Positions 17,631 through 27,447 are shown, counted from the first letter of the stretch. The stretch is DNA of 41,035 bases from Oligoflexia bacterium (GCA_043732305.1 JAYTHU010000037.1:1-41035); one strand, 5' to 3'. Translations and numbers: made by a program. The notes: generated by a model from the sequence alone, not told the origin.

Positions 17631-19592
17631 TTGCAGCCGATCAAAAGGATTCAAAAAATTAACGTCACTGTTTTTGAAAACACTAAGCTTGTTAGTGAAT
17701 TCAATTTTGAGTCGTTTCCTATTTCGTTCGGTCGAACGACTGGAAATTCCGTTCCACTCCCCTATGCATTCATGTCACGCAATCATGCCATCATTGAAGA
17801 GATTGGTGGAAAGCTCTATCTTAAAGATTTAGCGAGTCATAACGGTATTAGCATTAACGCCCAAAAGATTTCGCAATTTGAAATTTCCGGCGATTTCGAA
17901 TTTATCGTAGTGAATTTATTGATTCGAATTCAAGTTGAGTATGCAAACATCCAAGTTTCGAAAGCATTCGAAGACGAGGTGACTGCGCCGGGAATCGACA
18001 CCATTCCCGAATTATTAATTGAATCACCCCCAGTTTTGCAGCCCAAAATGCCGACATCTCCGTTTGTTCCGGCTCCACAGATGCCATTGAGCAAACCCCC
18101 AGCAAAAACAGCTTTTGGAATTAAACTTCCAGCATTCATTCCTACTACGAAACCAGTTGAAAGAAGATCCACCCCTCGAGTTCCAGTCATTGCTAAAAAC
18201 TTTGGACCTACATTTACAGAACTTCACCCTTCTATCAGCCAAGCAAAGCACCGGACTCTCGAAGCCATTGTCACGTGGCATGATACCATCTATGAAGTGA
18301 AAGAATTTTTCCCTACCGAAGTGATTCATATTGGGCCCAAGAGTTGGGTTAATGTTTCTGTTCCGGTATTGGCAAAGAATCAATTGCTCGCCCAAGTTGG
18401 CGTTAACGGAACAAGATGCTATTTCCAGGATGCACGTAAAGTTGGTTTCAAATCTAAAACTGATGGAACTTCATACACGGAAATTCCATCTCAAAAAGTA
18501 CAAAAATCTAGAACTGGAAGTTCATTCATCTTAGATCCAATGGAACTTGCGAGTTTCGATTTTGGATCGGGAATGAAAGTTCATTTACGTTACGTTCCAG
18601 CATCTCGGCAACTTGCTCCTAAAAAATTGCTCGAGCCCGAAGCTGCACTTAAACAATCTTTAATCACGTCACTTGCTCTGCACGTACTTATTTTTGTTTC
18701 AATCTTTATCACTGCGCCTCCACAAACAAAAGGTCCTCATCTTAAAAACGTTCCAGATAGATATGCACGATTACTCGTGGAAAAACCAAAGCCACCAGAA
18801 AAAAAACCCGAGCCACCAAAAACTCCGGAGAAAAAGCCTGAACCTATAAAAGAACCTCCTAAAAAAGCCATCGTTCAAAAACAAAAAATTATGAAACTTC
18901 CCAAAGCACTGGCGAAAGTAAATAAATTTCCTATGGAAGTGAAAACTCCCACGCCCAAAGCACCAGCTCCTGTAAAAGTGGAAAACTTGGGAGCGCTTGG
19001 TGCACTTGGAGCCATTTCAAAATCTGCACCATCCAATGTGGTGACAAATATTAATATCAATAAAGATGCTGGCGGTTTGCCCAGCAAATCTCTCAGCACT
19101 GGCGGAATTGCCGGGGCATTGCCTTCATCTAATGGAAAACTTGCAGCTGCTGGTGGTCCTAGAGTCAAAACCAAAGGCTTCGGATATGGATCCGGAACCG
19201 GTTACGGAATTCAAGGTCTCAAGGGAACAGCGGGAACTCGCGGTGTTGAAGGCGCAGTGGTAGGTCAACCCAAGATTGCAGAACTTACTAGACAAGAAGG
19301 TTTGTCACGATCACAAGTCATGGCCGTTGTTCAAAAATACTTGGGCGAAGTCCAACACTGTTACGAACGAAACTTGCTTTCGAATCCCGATCTTTCGGGT
19401 CGAATGGAATTTGAATGGGACATTTCACCTATCGGCAAAGTCACCGACGTGCGCGTGAAACGCAGCACCGTCAACAGTGGTGACGGACTTGGCGAATGCG
19501 TGAAAGGTGTTTTTATGAGTATGGCTTTCCCAAGAGCCACCAACGGACTCATCACCACCCCAAGCATTGGCTTTCCCTTCGGTAAATTGTAA
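17631..19592 (+). CDS. gltG: GltG(PglI)-like protein: FHA domain, TM helix, Pro/Lys-rich linker, Gly-rich region, AgmX/PglI TonB-like C-terminal domain
   Basis: FHA motifs FGR, SRNH and DLASHNG; single TM; EKPKPPEKKPEPPK; CYERNLLSNPDLSGRM..EW.I...GKV and FP...G....P..FPF. Confidence 0.85.
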   Translation: MQPIKRIQKINVTVFENTKLVSEFNFESFPISFGRTTGNSVPLPYAFMSRNHAIIEEIGGKLYLKDLASHNGISINAQKISQFEISGDFEFIVVNLLIRIQVEYANIQVSKAFEDEVTAPGIDTIPELLIESPPVLQPKMPTSPFVPAPQMPLSKPPAKTAFGIKLPAFIPTTKPVERRSTPRVPVIAKNFGPTFTELHPSISQAKHRTLEAIVTWHDTIYEVKEFFPTEVIHIGPKSWVNVSVPVLAKNQLLAQVGVNGTRCYFQDARKVGFKSKTDGTSYTEIPSQKVQKSRTGSSFILDPMELASFDFGSGMKVHLRYVPASRQLAPKKLLEPEAALKQSLITSLALHVLIFVSIFITAPPQTKGPHLKNVPDRYARLLVEKPKPPEKKPEPPKTPEKKPEPIKEPPKKAIVQKQKIMKLPKALAKVNKFPMEVKTPTPKAPAPVKVENLGALGALGAISKSAPSNVVTNININKDAGGLPSKSLSTGGIAGALPSSNGKLAAAGGPRVKTKGFGYGSGTGYGIQGLKGTAGTRGVEGAVVGQPKIAELTRQEGLSRSQVMAVVQKYLGEVQHCYERNLLSNPDLSGRMEFEWDISPIGKVTDVRVKRSTVNSGDGLGECVKGVFMSMAFPRATNGLITTPSIGFPFGKL

Positions 19593-19707
19593 ATCCTGAC
19601 TAAGGACTAGATTTTACCGAACGAGCAACCGATCGTTTATTTCACGCACCGCTCTCTGCGATAATAAATCTGTATTCAAAATCAAAAAAACATCCGGAGG
19701 AGCATCC

Positions 19708-20364
19708 ATGAGATTTTTTTCGTTCGCAGCAGACGCATTTAGAGGCGGTGGTTTTTTTATGTATCCAATCGCACTTGTTTCACTGATTGGTCTTGCCGTA
19801 GCAATGGAAAGATTTTTTTATATTCGTGCCGCCGGTTCAGTCAAAAAAGAAGATTTTTTAAATCGAATCAATCACTACATTCTTCAAGGTGATATTGAAC
19901 GCGCCATGGCTGTTTGCTCCCAAGCGCACAATCCCATCACAAATATTGTTAAAGCCGGTTTGATGGCCATTGCCAGTCAAAAAGATGCGGAAGAAGTTCA
20001 GACCGCAATGGATGCCGTTGCATTGCGAGAAGTCCCACGTATTGAAAAACGCACTGGCTTGCTTGCGATGTTATCCAACATGTCTACACTTTTAGGTTTA
20101 CTTGGAACCATCACTGGTCTCATTGGCGCATTCGGTGCAGTAGCAAACGTCAGTCCCGCAGAAAAAGCTACGCTTTTGGCTAATAGTATTTCCGAAGCAA
20201 TGAACTGCACAGCTTTTGGTTTAATCGTGGCTATTCCGTTGTTAGGAATCTTCGGTTATCTCCAAACACGTTCACAAGATATTGTTGATGACGTGCATGA
20301 AGCGGCTGTGGCCACTCTCAATTTCATTCTCACCAATCGTGAGAAGTTCGTGAAGCACCCCTAA
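19708..20364 (+). CDS. aglR: MotA/TolQ/ExbB proton-channel subunit, AglR-like
   Basis: GGFFMYPI..ERF; TLLGLLGTITGLIGAF; ISEAMNCTAFGLIVAIP; GGAGGAG SD. Confidence 0.85.
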   Translation: MRFFSFAADAFRGGGFFMYPIALVSLIGLAVAMERFFYIRAAGSVKKEDFLNRINHYILQGDIERAMAVCSQAHNPITNIVKAGLMAIASQKDAEEVQTAMDAVALREVPRIEKRTGLLAMLSNMSTLLGLLGTITGLIGAFGAVANVSPAEKATLLANSISEAMNCTAFGLIVAIPLLGIFGYLQTRSQDIVDDVHEAAVATLNFILTNREKFVKHP

Positions 20365-20819
20365 TGTCGACAGGTGGAATGGGTGGTGGTGGAAAGAAAA
20401 ACATTAATGTGGAACTCAATCTAGTTCCGTTTATCGATTTACTTTCTACCCTCATTTGCTTTTTGCTGATCACAGCGGTGTGGCAACAAATTTCCGTAAT
20501 CTCTACGGGAACTAACCAAACCACTTCAAGCAGCACTCCGGCTCCAGCTGATGATAAAAAAATTGATCTCAGCGTGAGTTTACTTTTGGACCACATTGAA
20601 GCGTCTGCAGGAAAACAGAGCACACACATTGCTCACATTAACGGTGAACCCGATTACACCACATTAATTAAATTATTAGATGCTTGGAAAGCTCAGTATC
20701 CCGATCGCAATGATTTGATTTTGCACACGGATAGCCAAGCGCCTTACAAACAACTTATCCGCCTGATGGATACTGCAGCCGAGGCACAATTTGCCGACGT
20801 GGGAGTCAACACCAATTGA
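20364..20819 (+). CDS. ExbD/TolR subunit, AglQ-like
   Basis: ELNLVPFIDLLSTLICFLLITAVW with the conserved TM Asp; YKQLIRLMD. Confidence 0.85.
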   Translation: MSTGGMGGGGKKNINVELNLVPFIDLLSTLICFLLITAVWQQISVISTGTNQTTSSSTPAPADDKKIDLSVSLLLDHIEASAGKQSTHIAHINGEPDYTTLIKLLDAWKAQYPDRNDLILHTDSQAPYKQLIRLMDTAAEAQFADVGVNTN

Positions 20820-21370
20820 AAAAATCAAACACTATTGAAAAACCTGGGTATCACATTAGACCCAAGTATGACCTTCATGCCCTTCGCAACCACATGTCTG
20901 GCACTTCCAAAAAAAGTGTGATCGTCGAGCTTCCTCTGACAAGCATGATCGACATGTTCACCATCTTAGTTATTTTTCTTTTGATGAATTTCTCTGCAAC
21001 TGGCGAAATTTTCTTTATTCAAAAAAATCTCAAACTTCCTGAAGCTAATCATGCGAAGCCTTTAGAAAGTGCGCCACTCATCACTGTCACCAATAGTGAA
21101 GTGACAATGGACGCGCAACAAGTTGGAAATAATCCTCTTCATTTAGAAGAAAAAGATCAGAATCTTCCCCGTTTAACTGCTGAACTTCAACGTTTGAAAG
21201 CACTAGAAGCACAAATCCATCCTGGAGAGCTTTTCAAAGGCACCATTAATATTCAAGCTGATGAAAACACACCACTTGTTTATATCAAGCGCGTGATGCA
21301 GACCTGTATTTTAAATGGCTGGGAAAGTATCAACTTTGCGGTCCGCACCACAGATAGCGTTCGCCACTAA
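20816..21370 (+). CDS. ExbD/TolR subunit, AglS-like
   Basis: LTSMIDMFTILVIFLLMNFS; INIQADENTP..IKRVM.T. Confidence 0.85.
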   Translation: MKKSNTIEKPGYHIRPKYDLHALRNHMSGTSKKSVIVELPLTSMIDMFTILVIFLLMNFSATGEIFFIQKNLKLPEANHAKPLESAPLITVTNSEVTMDAQQVGNNPLHLEEKDQNLPRLTAELQRLKALEAQIHPGELFKGTINIQADENTPLVYIKRVMQTCILNGWESINFAVRTTDSVRH

Positions 21371-21388
21371 CTCGCACGTTCATAAAAT

Positions 21389-21628
21389 CTAATAAATTTT
21401 TTTGAGGGGCACGGGAAGCTCTTGAAGCATTTCTTCTTTGTAACTCGTTCTGAGTTTCACAAAGTTTTTAAGCTCATTTTTCTGACGAGCTAAAATCATC
21501 AAACGATCATCATTATGGATCTCACCTTTAATCATGAGATCATCGAGATCCACCCGACGGCGCTCCTGAGCCGAAGCATTTGCTGCTACAAACAAAATAG
21601 TCACTGATAATAGAAAGAGAGTTTTCAT
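21389..21628 (-). CDS. Small secreted GltF(CglF)-like protein
   Basis: Signal peptide, then VDLDDLMIKGE...R......FVKLRTSY.EEM, matching the GltF pattern IDF.D..IEGE...R..F..LIK.R.NF..E. Confidence 0.65.
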   Translation of the reverse strand: MKTLFLLSVTILFVAANASAQERRRVDLDDLMIKGEIHNDDRLMILARQKNELKNFVKLRTSYKEEMLQELPVPLKKIY

Positions 21629-21630
21629 AA

Positions 21631-22536
21631 TCAATCTATCGGAACACTTGTCTTTTTCTTAAACAGGCGTTCCACGTCTTCAGGATAAATAAAGGTGATA
21701 AGACTTGCGATCATCACGTACTGAAAAATGGGAAATTGCATCGCCAGATTGATTCCAAGGTGCAGTAGGAGGCCGAGCGCTAGAATGTAATACCTGAATT
21801 TTCGCAGCCAGATCAAAGTGCCAAGCAATGTCTCCCCGACCAAAGTAAAGTAAGTCATGAGTTTGATTTGCCACATGAAATAGAATAGATATTTAAAATC
21901 GAAACGTTTGAGTTCTACATAATTGAGAGCGTAATACATAGCCGTACCATTGAGCCAGAGGTGCCCCTGTAGCTTGAGATAAACTGTGTCTATGTAAAGA
22001 TAAGAGAGTTGCAACTGAATCATACGCTGAGCCCATGGCGGACTCGGAACAAGTTCTTTCGTCGCTTTTCCACGCTTGCGTGCAATCCATCGGTCCAAAG
22101 AATAAGCGTCACCACAATGAGAGAACATCAGAAAAAATAAATTAATGCGCAGTAAATGATCGCCAGCATTATCCACAAAGAAATTACGATTAGATAAAAC
22201 AAGCACTCCGAAAAATAAAAGAACTGAAGTCACTCGCGTGAAAAGTCCGAACATGAAAAGCAAAGACACAATCAGTAGCGCAATAAAGAAAATCTGCAAA
22301 CCAATTGAAGTTTGAGGGAGCCATCGAAAATAAAGAAGTGGGAAATCAGGAAAAAATTTATCGAGAGAATGATATTTAACTACACCCGAATCAAGATAAA
22401 ATAACTCGCGAATGGGATAGCGGCCAAGGTTTGATAAAAAAACTACGAAGCCAAAGACAATTCGAAAAAGTCCTAATGAAGCAGGAGAAATTGGCTCGAA
22501 AAAAAATTTATCCCAACATTTCTTAACGGAGCCCAT
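21631..22536 (-). CDS. HTTM-domain membrane protein (SdpB/vitamin-K-dependent carboxylase N-terminal-like)
   Basis: LGLFRIVFG, GLFTR, RN..VDNAGD, YSLD, QLQL..LY....LKL.G..W.NGTA.YY and LHLGI...M; AAGGAG SD before the ATG at 22536. Confidence 0.88.
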   Translation of the reverse strand: MGSVKKCWDKFFFEPISPASLGLFRIVFGFVVFLSNLGRYPIRELFYLDSGVVKYHSLDKFFPDFPLLYFRWLPQTSIGLQIFFIALLIVSLLFMFGLFTRVTSVLLFFGVLVLSNRNFFVDNAGDHLLRINLFFLMFSHCGDAYSLDRWIARKRGKATKELVPSPPWAQRMIQLQLSYLYIDTVYLKLQGHLWLNGTAMYYALNYVELKRFDFKYLFYFMWQIKLMTYFTLVGETLLGTLIWLRKFRYYILALGLLLHLGINLAMQFPIFQYVMIASLITFIYPEDVERLFKKKTSVPID

Positions 22537-23080
22537 CGTAAACTCCTTCAAATTTATCTTCACTAACAAAATAAGTAAACATCACTCGATCATGATAATA
22601 CATGCCTTCTAATATAGGTCCTACAAACCCAACGGTCCTTGGTTCCGACCAAGAAGCTTCCACTCGATTAAGAATTATTTTTGACGGAGGGTTGGCATCA
22701 CTCCAAAATTTCCTTTTAATAAAATCAGCAATATCTGGATATAAAAATGGCTTGTCCAAATTGTGCCCGGCCAAATCCAGCTTTTGCCAGTTGTACGCAA
22801 GATGCCGTTGAAAAAAATCCCAATTCTCAGAGTAGGGTCTAATCCAGGTTGTTTTGGCACCATCTCTAAAATACACATCGAAGCGGTAATAAATATGTTT
22901 GGCTCGTGGATTGGGAGTAAACAAACTCCAATCCTGAAGCAATCTTGTCCAAAGTGCATAAGGATAAAAAAATCTTTGCAGAACATTTTGATCTGAACGA
23001 GATTTTATGGGGACAATCATAGCGGTCAAAATATTCAAAATGATAAACAGACTTATAATAATCTTCCGTCGTTTACTCAA
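22523..23080 (-). CDS. SdpA/DUF5819-like membrane-anchored partner of the HTTM protein
   Basis: N-terminal TM; Y..WT.L.QDWSLFTPNP motif; overlaps the HTTM start. Confidence 0.65.
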   Translation of the reverse strand: MSKRRKIIISLFIILNILTAMIVPIKSRSDQNVLQRFFYPYALWTRLLQDWSLFTPNPRAKHIYYRFDVYFRDGAKTTWIRPYSENWDFFQRHLAYNWQKLDLAGHNLDKPFLYPDIADFIKRKFWSDANPPSKIILNRVEASWSEPRTVGFVGPILEGMYYHDRVMFTYFVSEDKFEGVYDGLR

Positions 23081-23117
23081 TTGCGCCCTCCCATTCTAAT
23101 TAAGAAAACCCCCGGAC

Positions 23118-23154
23118 AAAAAAAATCGTGGAGGGCTTAAACCCAGCACGATTT
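23118..23154 (-). terminator. Possible intrinsic terminator after the lipoprotein cassette
   Basis: AAATCGTG (23123-23130) / CACGATTT (23147-23154) with inner GGG/CCC, and a T-run on the minus strand. Confidence 0.4.
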
Positions 23155-23213
23155 ATTCTAAGAACAATTTTGAGAACTTGCTAGTGCTAGCTTATATTAA
23201 AGCCACCTATGCC

Positions 23214-24674
23214 TTAGAATGCAGGGGGAGGTGTTCCGCCTTCTTGACCACCACCAACACAATTATCTGCGGGAGCCACTTGCACATAGAAATAACCGTT
23301 ACTGATATTCAGATTACGAGCAGTAGGAGAACTTGCAGTTGATGAAGACAGACTGCAGCTTCCAAAGGTTCCAGAGATAGTCACTTGAGTCGAAACCACT
23401 CCAGATCCACTTGTGCATGTGGTCACAGTTTGTGAACGCGTGATTACGATGTTGGCTTTGCAACCAGCGTTAACACTGTAAGTGTACTGTTGAAAAATAC
23501 CATCGGGGTCACCGGCAGTTAAATAATTCAATGTTGATACGGAAACGTTTGAGAAATTCTGAGTTCCAGCAGCTCCAGTATCACCAGTGACTTGAAATCC
23601 TAAAGTCATGTCTTGCATGAGTTTAGATTCCACACTGCTATCAGTGTTTCCATCTGAATAGATATTGCTTCCCTGCATGCTGAAGTCACCATTATAAATA
23701 GGTCCACTTGCTGATAGCGGATAAGAAGCATTCACATGCGTCACTTGATTAGCCAAATGCTGATCCATTGCATCGAAGGGTGTAACACCTTCAGCTAAAT
23801 CGCCAGAGTTTGAGGCCGAAGCAACATTCGCTTGGAGATAATAATAAGGTGTTGAGGTTGAAGCGGTTGCACCTGATTGGATAGGATCCAAAATATTTGC
23901 ATAGTTCACAGGAGCGGTGAAAGTTTTTTCAAACTCGCAACCAGTATCATAAACGGTGACACTCACTGTGCGTGTTCCGTTGTAAAGAGTGTACATGTTG
24001 GACCAAGAAGAAGCAGAATTCCAATAGTTGTTATTGAAATCATCATATCGACCATCACCGTTTAAATCGATGGCATACAGAAATCCAGCGCCACTTCCAC
24101 CACTTGCAGCAGGCACGCTAACGTTCACAAACCCCGCACCACCTAAACCAGATTTGGTGATGGAGAGCGCGCCCATATTCAACGCGATCGCAGGAAGCTT
24201 AGAAGAATCACAGGAAACGGGAATACTAAACTTTGTGATCGACTTGATTCCAAGACCATCTGTGAGCGTAATTGTTATGGACTGTGAACCAGAGATGGGA
24301 AAATTTAAAGAATATTTCATTGGTGAACTTGCAGTCTGAACAACAGTTCCGACCATCACTTGCGCAGTGAGCGCAGTTCCTGAAGGAGCAACACTCTTAC
24401 TCAAATCCAATTGCACGAGGGCAGGTGCCACCGCCGGCTTGGAGAGATTGTTTGCACTTGTGAGAGAACTCACATTCATCATGACTGAATTATCTGACAT
24501 ATTTTTCACCACACCATTCACTTGCGGTGCTTGGTATTGTGCACTCGGACTCACAGAACTTGCACTGCTTGAACCACTTCCAAGCTTAGACGGAGAACAG
24601 GCCATGAGCATGGCAGTGAGTGAGCTGAGCCCCATCATCACTCCTAAAACCGTAGTCGACTTATTGTATTTCAT
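23214..24674 (-). CDS. Ser/Thr-rich beta-strand surface lipoprotein
   Basis: Lipobox LMAC; DLNGDG Ca-binding motif; several Cys; AGGGG SD. Confidence 0.75.
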   Translation of the reverse strand: MKYNKSTTVLGVMMGLSSLTAMLMACSPSKLGSGSSSASSVSPSAQYQAPQVNGVVKNMSDNSVMMNVSSLTSANNLSKPAVAPALVQLDLSKSVAPSGTALTAQVMVGTVVQTASSPMKYSLNFPISGSQSITITLTDGLGIKSITKFSIPVSCDSSKLPAIALNMGALSITKSGLGGAGFVNVSVPAASGGSGAGFLYAIDLNGDGRYDDFNNNYWNSASSWSNMYTLYNGTRTVSVTVYDTGCEFEKTFTAPVNYANILDPIQSGATASTSTPYYYLQANVASASNSGDLAEGVTPFDAMDQHLANQVTHVNASYPLSASGPIYNGDFSMQGSNIYSDGNTDSSVESKLMQDMTLGFQVTGDTGAAGTQNFSNVSVSTLNYLTAGDPDGIFQQYTYSVNAGCKANIVITRSQTVTTCTSGSGVVSTQVTISGTFGSCSLSSSTASSPTARNLNISNGYFYVQVAPADNCVGGGQEGGTPPPAF

Positions 24675-24699
24675 AACAACCCCTTTTTCTTACTGTGCT

Positions 24700-26454
24700 T
24701 TATTGACTAAAATCGCCATCATTTAAAATTAATTTACCGTTTGAAACCGTTGTTTGTGCTGTCCTCATTCGACGTGAAGCCCCCGCCACACCTCGAGATT
24801 CTAAGAAATACACTTTCACTGAATCGTTAGAAGACATTGTTGCTAAATTTTGAACTGAAGCTGTGTAACAAGTTTGGTTTATATCATCACTCACTTGAGT
24901 CAGCTGATAACTCATAGGTTTCACACCATGCAGAGAACTTATCGGAAAGTTCACTGGCAAACCTTGCTTCATTTTATTATAATTACTGACGCCATCGCTT
25001 TGAGGATTTGAGAGAAGTGTGTTGGTACCGGAGAGGTAAGCCACTTTACTCAACCATTCAAATTGATCGGGCACCCAGTCCTGATTGCTATCGAAGTCAA
25101 AGGCGTTGCTGCCAAGAAGTTTTTCTTCGCAGTCATTCAGACCATCACCATCGGAATCTGCATAAGATCCGGAATTAGGAAGTGCACCGCAAAGAACCGC
25201 ATTCACACGAGCTTGAGCGGGTGCGCAAGTTCCCGAACCACAAGGGGTTCCGTAAAGGCTATATTCCACTCCATCACCAACCCCGTTGCCATCAGAGTCA
25301 TATTTATAAGGATTTGATCCCATTTGAAGTTCAATAGAATCAGGGATTCCATCATGATCGGTATCGAGCATGAGTTGACCATTCCACCAAACAGCACTGG
25401 TGTTCTGCACCCAAAAATCTCTAAGCACATATTTTTCTGAGCGATTTGGAACAGCGAAACGAGAATAGTCGATGGTGTTGGTCGCAAAATCAATGAATGA
25501 TCCTTGTCCAGTTGCAGCCATATCAGCCATGTACTGAGCCGATTCTTGATCCATCAAACGTGCATAAGACCATTCAGTTGCGGTTGCTCCTTGGGGAGCG
25601 GCCCCTGTGTGATCAATATGATAAAATCCAGTGCTGAAGGTGATGCTATCAACATACTCAGGATTTGCAGTTCTAAGAGCTAAAATAGCTTGAATTTGAT
25701 TTTTCAAACCCACTTCAGGTTGAAGCACTGTACCGCCGTTCATGTAAGGTGCACCGTCTGAAACCCAGAACACGATGTAGTCAGAAGCCACAAGTGGTTG
25801 ACCACTTTGAACAGAAAGTTGGGCTTTCGCAATGTCATTATCAATCATTGTTTGAATGGTATTCAGAGTGTCTTGATAATTGGTGTCACCGCCATCTTGA
25901 GGAGCACTGTATCCCGAAACCAAAGGAGTTCCGGTGCTATCAGGTGTAGAACTCACTGAGCCAATTGCTGATGCTTGAGAAGTTTTAACTCCAGCACCAT
26001 TGTACCAAGGGAAGAAAACATTGGCAGTGGTTCCAAAATTAATTGATGAGTAAAACACATTGGGTCCATCGGTCACGCCATTGATAAATTGAATCAATGG
26101 TTGGAATCGTTTAGCTCCAGTGGGATCTGTTCCGCCGAGAGGATCAGCAGCAAAATTGCCAGAGTAGTTTTGACCAAGCACAAATGGTGAGTTTCCGTCA
26201 GGAATATAGTTCTGTTGATTACTGCCAGAATGGTCAAACACGAAAATATATTTTAAATTTGTCACAATCGATTGTGCAGGCGTAGTGCAAACATTCACGT
26301 TTGCAACCGCATTGGCGTTGAGCTGTCCTCTGTAGAGATTCGCATCGGAGCAAGCCACCATGGTCAGTAAACCAAATCCGATGACCATGAGAATGCGATC
26401 TTCGACCACACTCGCCACCTTCATCCAAATTTTATTATAAATAAAAGACATCAT
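24700..26454 (-). CDS. VWA-domain lipoprotein with thrombospondin-type-3-like DxDxDG repeats (MtsD-like)
   Basis: Lipobox MVAC; MIDAS DHSGS...GDTNY...VSDG; DTDHDG, DSDGNG and DSDGDG repeats. Confidence 0.8.
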   Translation of the reverse strand: MMSFIYNKIWMKVASVVEDRILMVIGFGLLTMVACSDANLYRGQLNANAVANVNVCTTPAQSIVTNLKYIFVFDHSGSNQQNYIPDGNSPFVLGQNYSGNFAADPLGGTDPTGAKRFQPLIQFINGVTDGPNVFYSSINFGTTANVFFPWYNGAGVKTSQASAIGSVSSTPDSTGTPLVSGYSAPQDGGDTNYQDTLNTIQTMIDNDIAKAQLSVQSGQPLVASDYIVFWVSDGAPYMNGGTVLQPEVGLKNQIQAILALRTANPEYVDSITFSTGFYHIDHTGAAPQGATATEWSYARLMDQESAQYMADMAATGQGSFIDFATNTIDYSRFAVPNRSEKYVLRDFWVQNTSAVWWNGQLMLDTDHDGIPDSIELQMGSNPYKYDSDGNGVGDGVEYSLYGTPCGSGTCAPAQARVNAVLCGALPNSGSYADSDGDGLNDCEEKLLGSNAFDFDSNQDWVPDQFEWLSKVAYLSGTNTLLSNPQSDGVSNYNKMKQGLPVNFPISSLHGVKPMSYQLTQVSDDINQTCYTASVQNLATMSSNDSVKVYFLESRGVAGASRRMRTAQTTVSNGKLILNDGDFSQ

Positions 26455-27422
26455 GATTTACCACCTGTCGTTTGGAGAGGTCTATCCACTCCATCAATGA
26501 TGGCGCTATTGATGCCATCAGGGACGATTATTGTAATTCCATTTTGAACATTCGCTGGAACGATGATCGTATGATTTCTCACTTCACGATCAAGCGTGAA
26601 AGTTCCGCCAGTTGCAGGATAAAGATTGTCTTCAACGGCTTGAATTTTAATTTGGTTTCCGTTCGAGACATTTACAATTGGAATATTTTTAATTAAAAAA
26701 CTGTAGCAGCTGTTAACGGGATTGACTGTGTTGGCTTGTGGCATAGTTTGATACACAGGCATGTACGCGAGGTCATTTTGAGGCAAGAAGATCTTGGTGG
26801 GAATTCCCATTTTAACTTTTTGATAATTTGTGTAACCATCGCCTGTGACAGAATTGTAATAATCATTTGGATCGAGAGGATTCATTCCAAATCGCACTTC
26901 TAAATAATCCGGTATGCCATCACCATCAGTGTCAGCTTGGTTTTTTCCAGTGCCTAGAAGAGCTTCTTCGCAATCGTTTAAACCATCGCCATCAGTATCA
27001 TTCAAACTATTGCAAACTGGTAAATAAGCGCCTTGAGCGATTCCCATCGTCACTCGCACTAAGTCGGAATAACCTTGGCCGGTGAAATCACTATAAAGAT
27101 AGCTGATTCCAAATTGATTGATGTTGGCAATGGTGGTTTCAAAGGAATCGGGCAACCCATCACGGTCTGTGTCCAAAATCCAATTTGTTCCATTGAAATA
27201 AGCAGAAGAATTATAAACGAAGAGATCTTTAAAACTAAAATTTTTGCGATTCGCAGCGACGGGATCATAAACAGGACAGTAGTTGTTGATTTGAACATTA
27301 ACACTAGCAAGAGGAACAGCCAAAGCCTGAAGCTTGACATCACTGCAGTTCATACCAAAGCCAACGGCCACAGCCGCAAGGATTGATAGTTTAATGTAAT
27401 GCTTGGCCTTCAACGTATTCAA
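26451..27422 (-). CDS. Lipoprotein with TSP3-like DxDxDG repeats; VWA-less paralogue of the next gene
   Basis: TTG at 27422 after GGGGG; lipobox-like GMNC; DTDRDG and DTDGDG x2. Confidence 0.8.
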   Translation of the reverse strand: MNTLKAKHYIKLSILAAVAVGFGMNCSDVKLQALAVPLASVNVQINNYCPVYDPVAANRKNFSFKDLFVYNSSAYFNGTNWILDTDRDGLPDSFETTIANINQFGISYLYSDFTGQGYSDLVRVTMGIAQGAYLPVCNSLNDTDGDGLNDCEEALLGTGKNQADTDGDGIPDYLEVRFGMNPLDPNDYYNSVTGDGYTNYQKVKMGIPTKIFLPQNDLAYMPVYQTMPQANTVNPVNSCYSFLIKNIPIVNVSNGNQIKIQAVEDNLYPATGGTFTLDREVRNHTIIVPANVQNGITIIVPDGINSAIIDGVDRPLQTTGGKS

Positions 27423-27447
27423 TGCAGTTCCCCCTGCATTTATAAGA

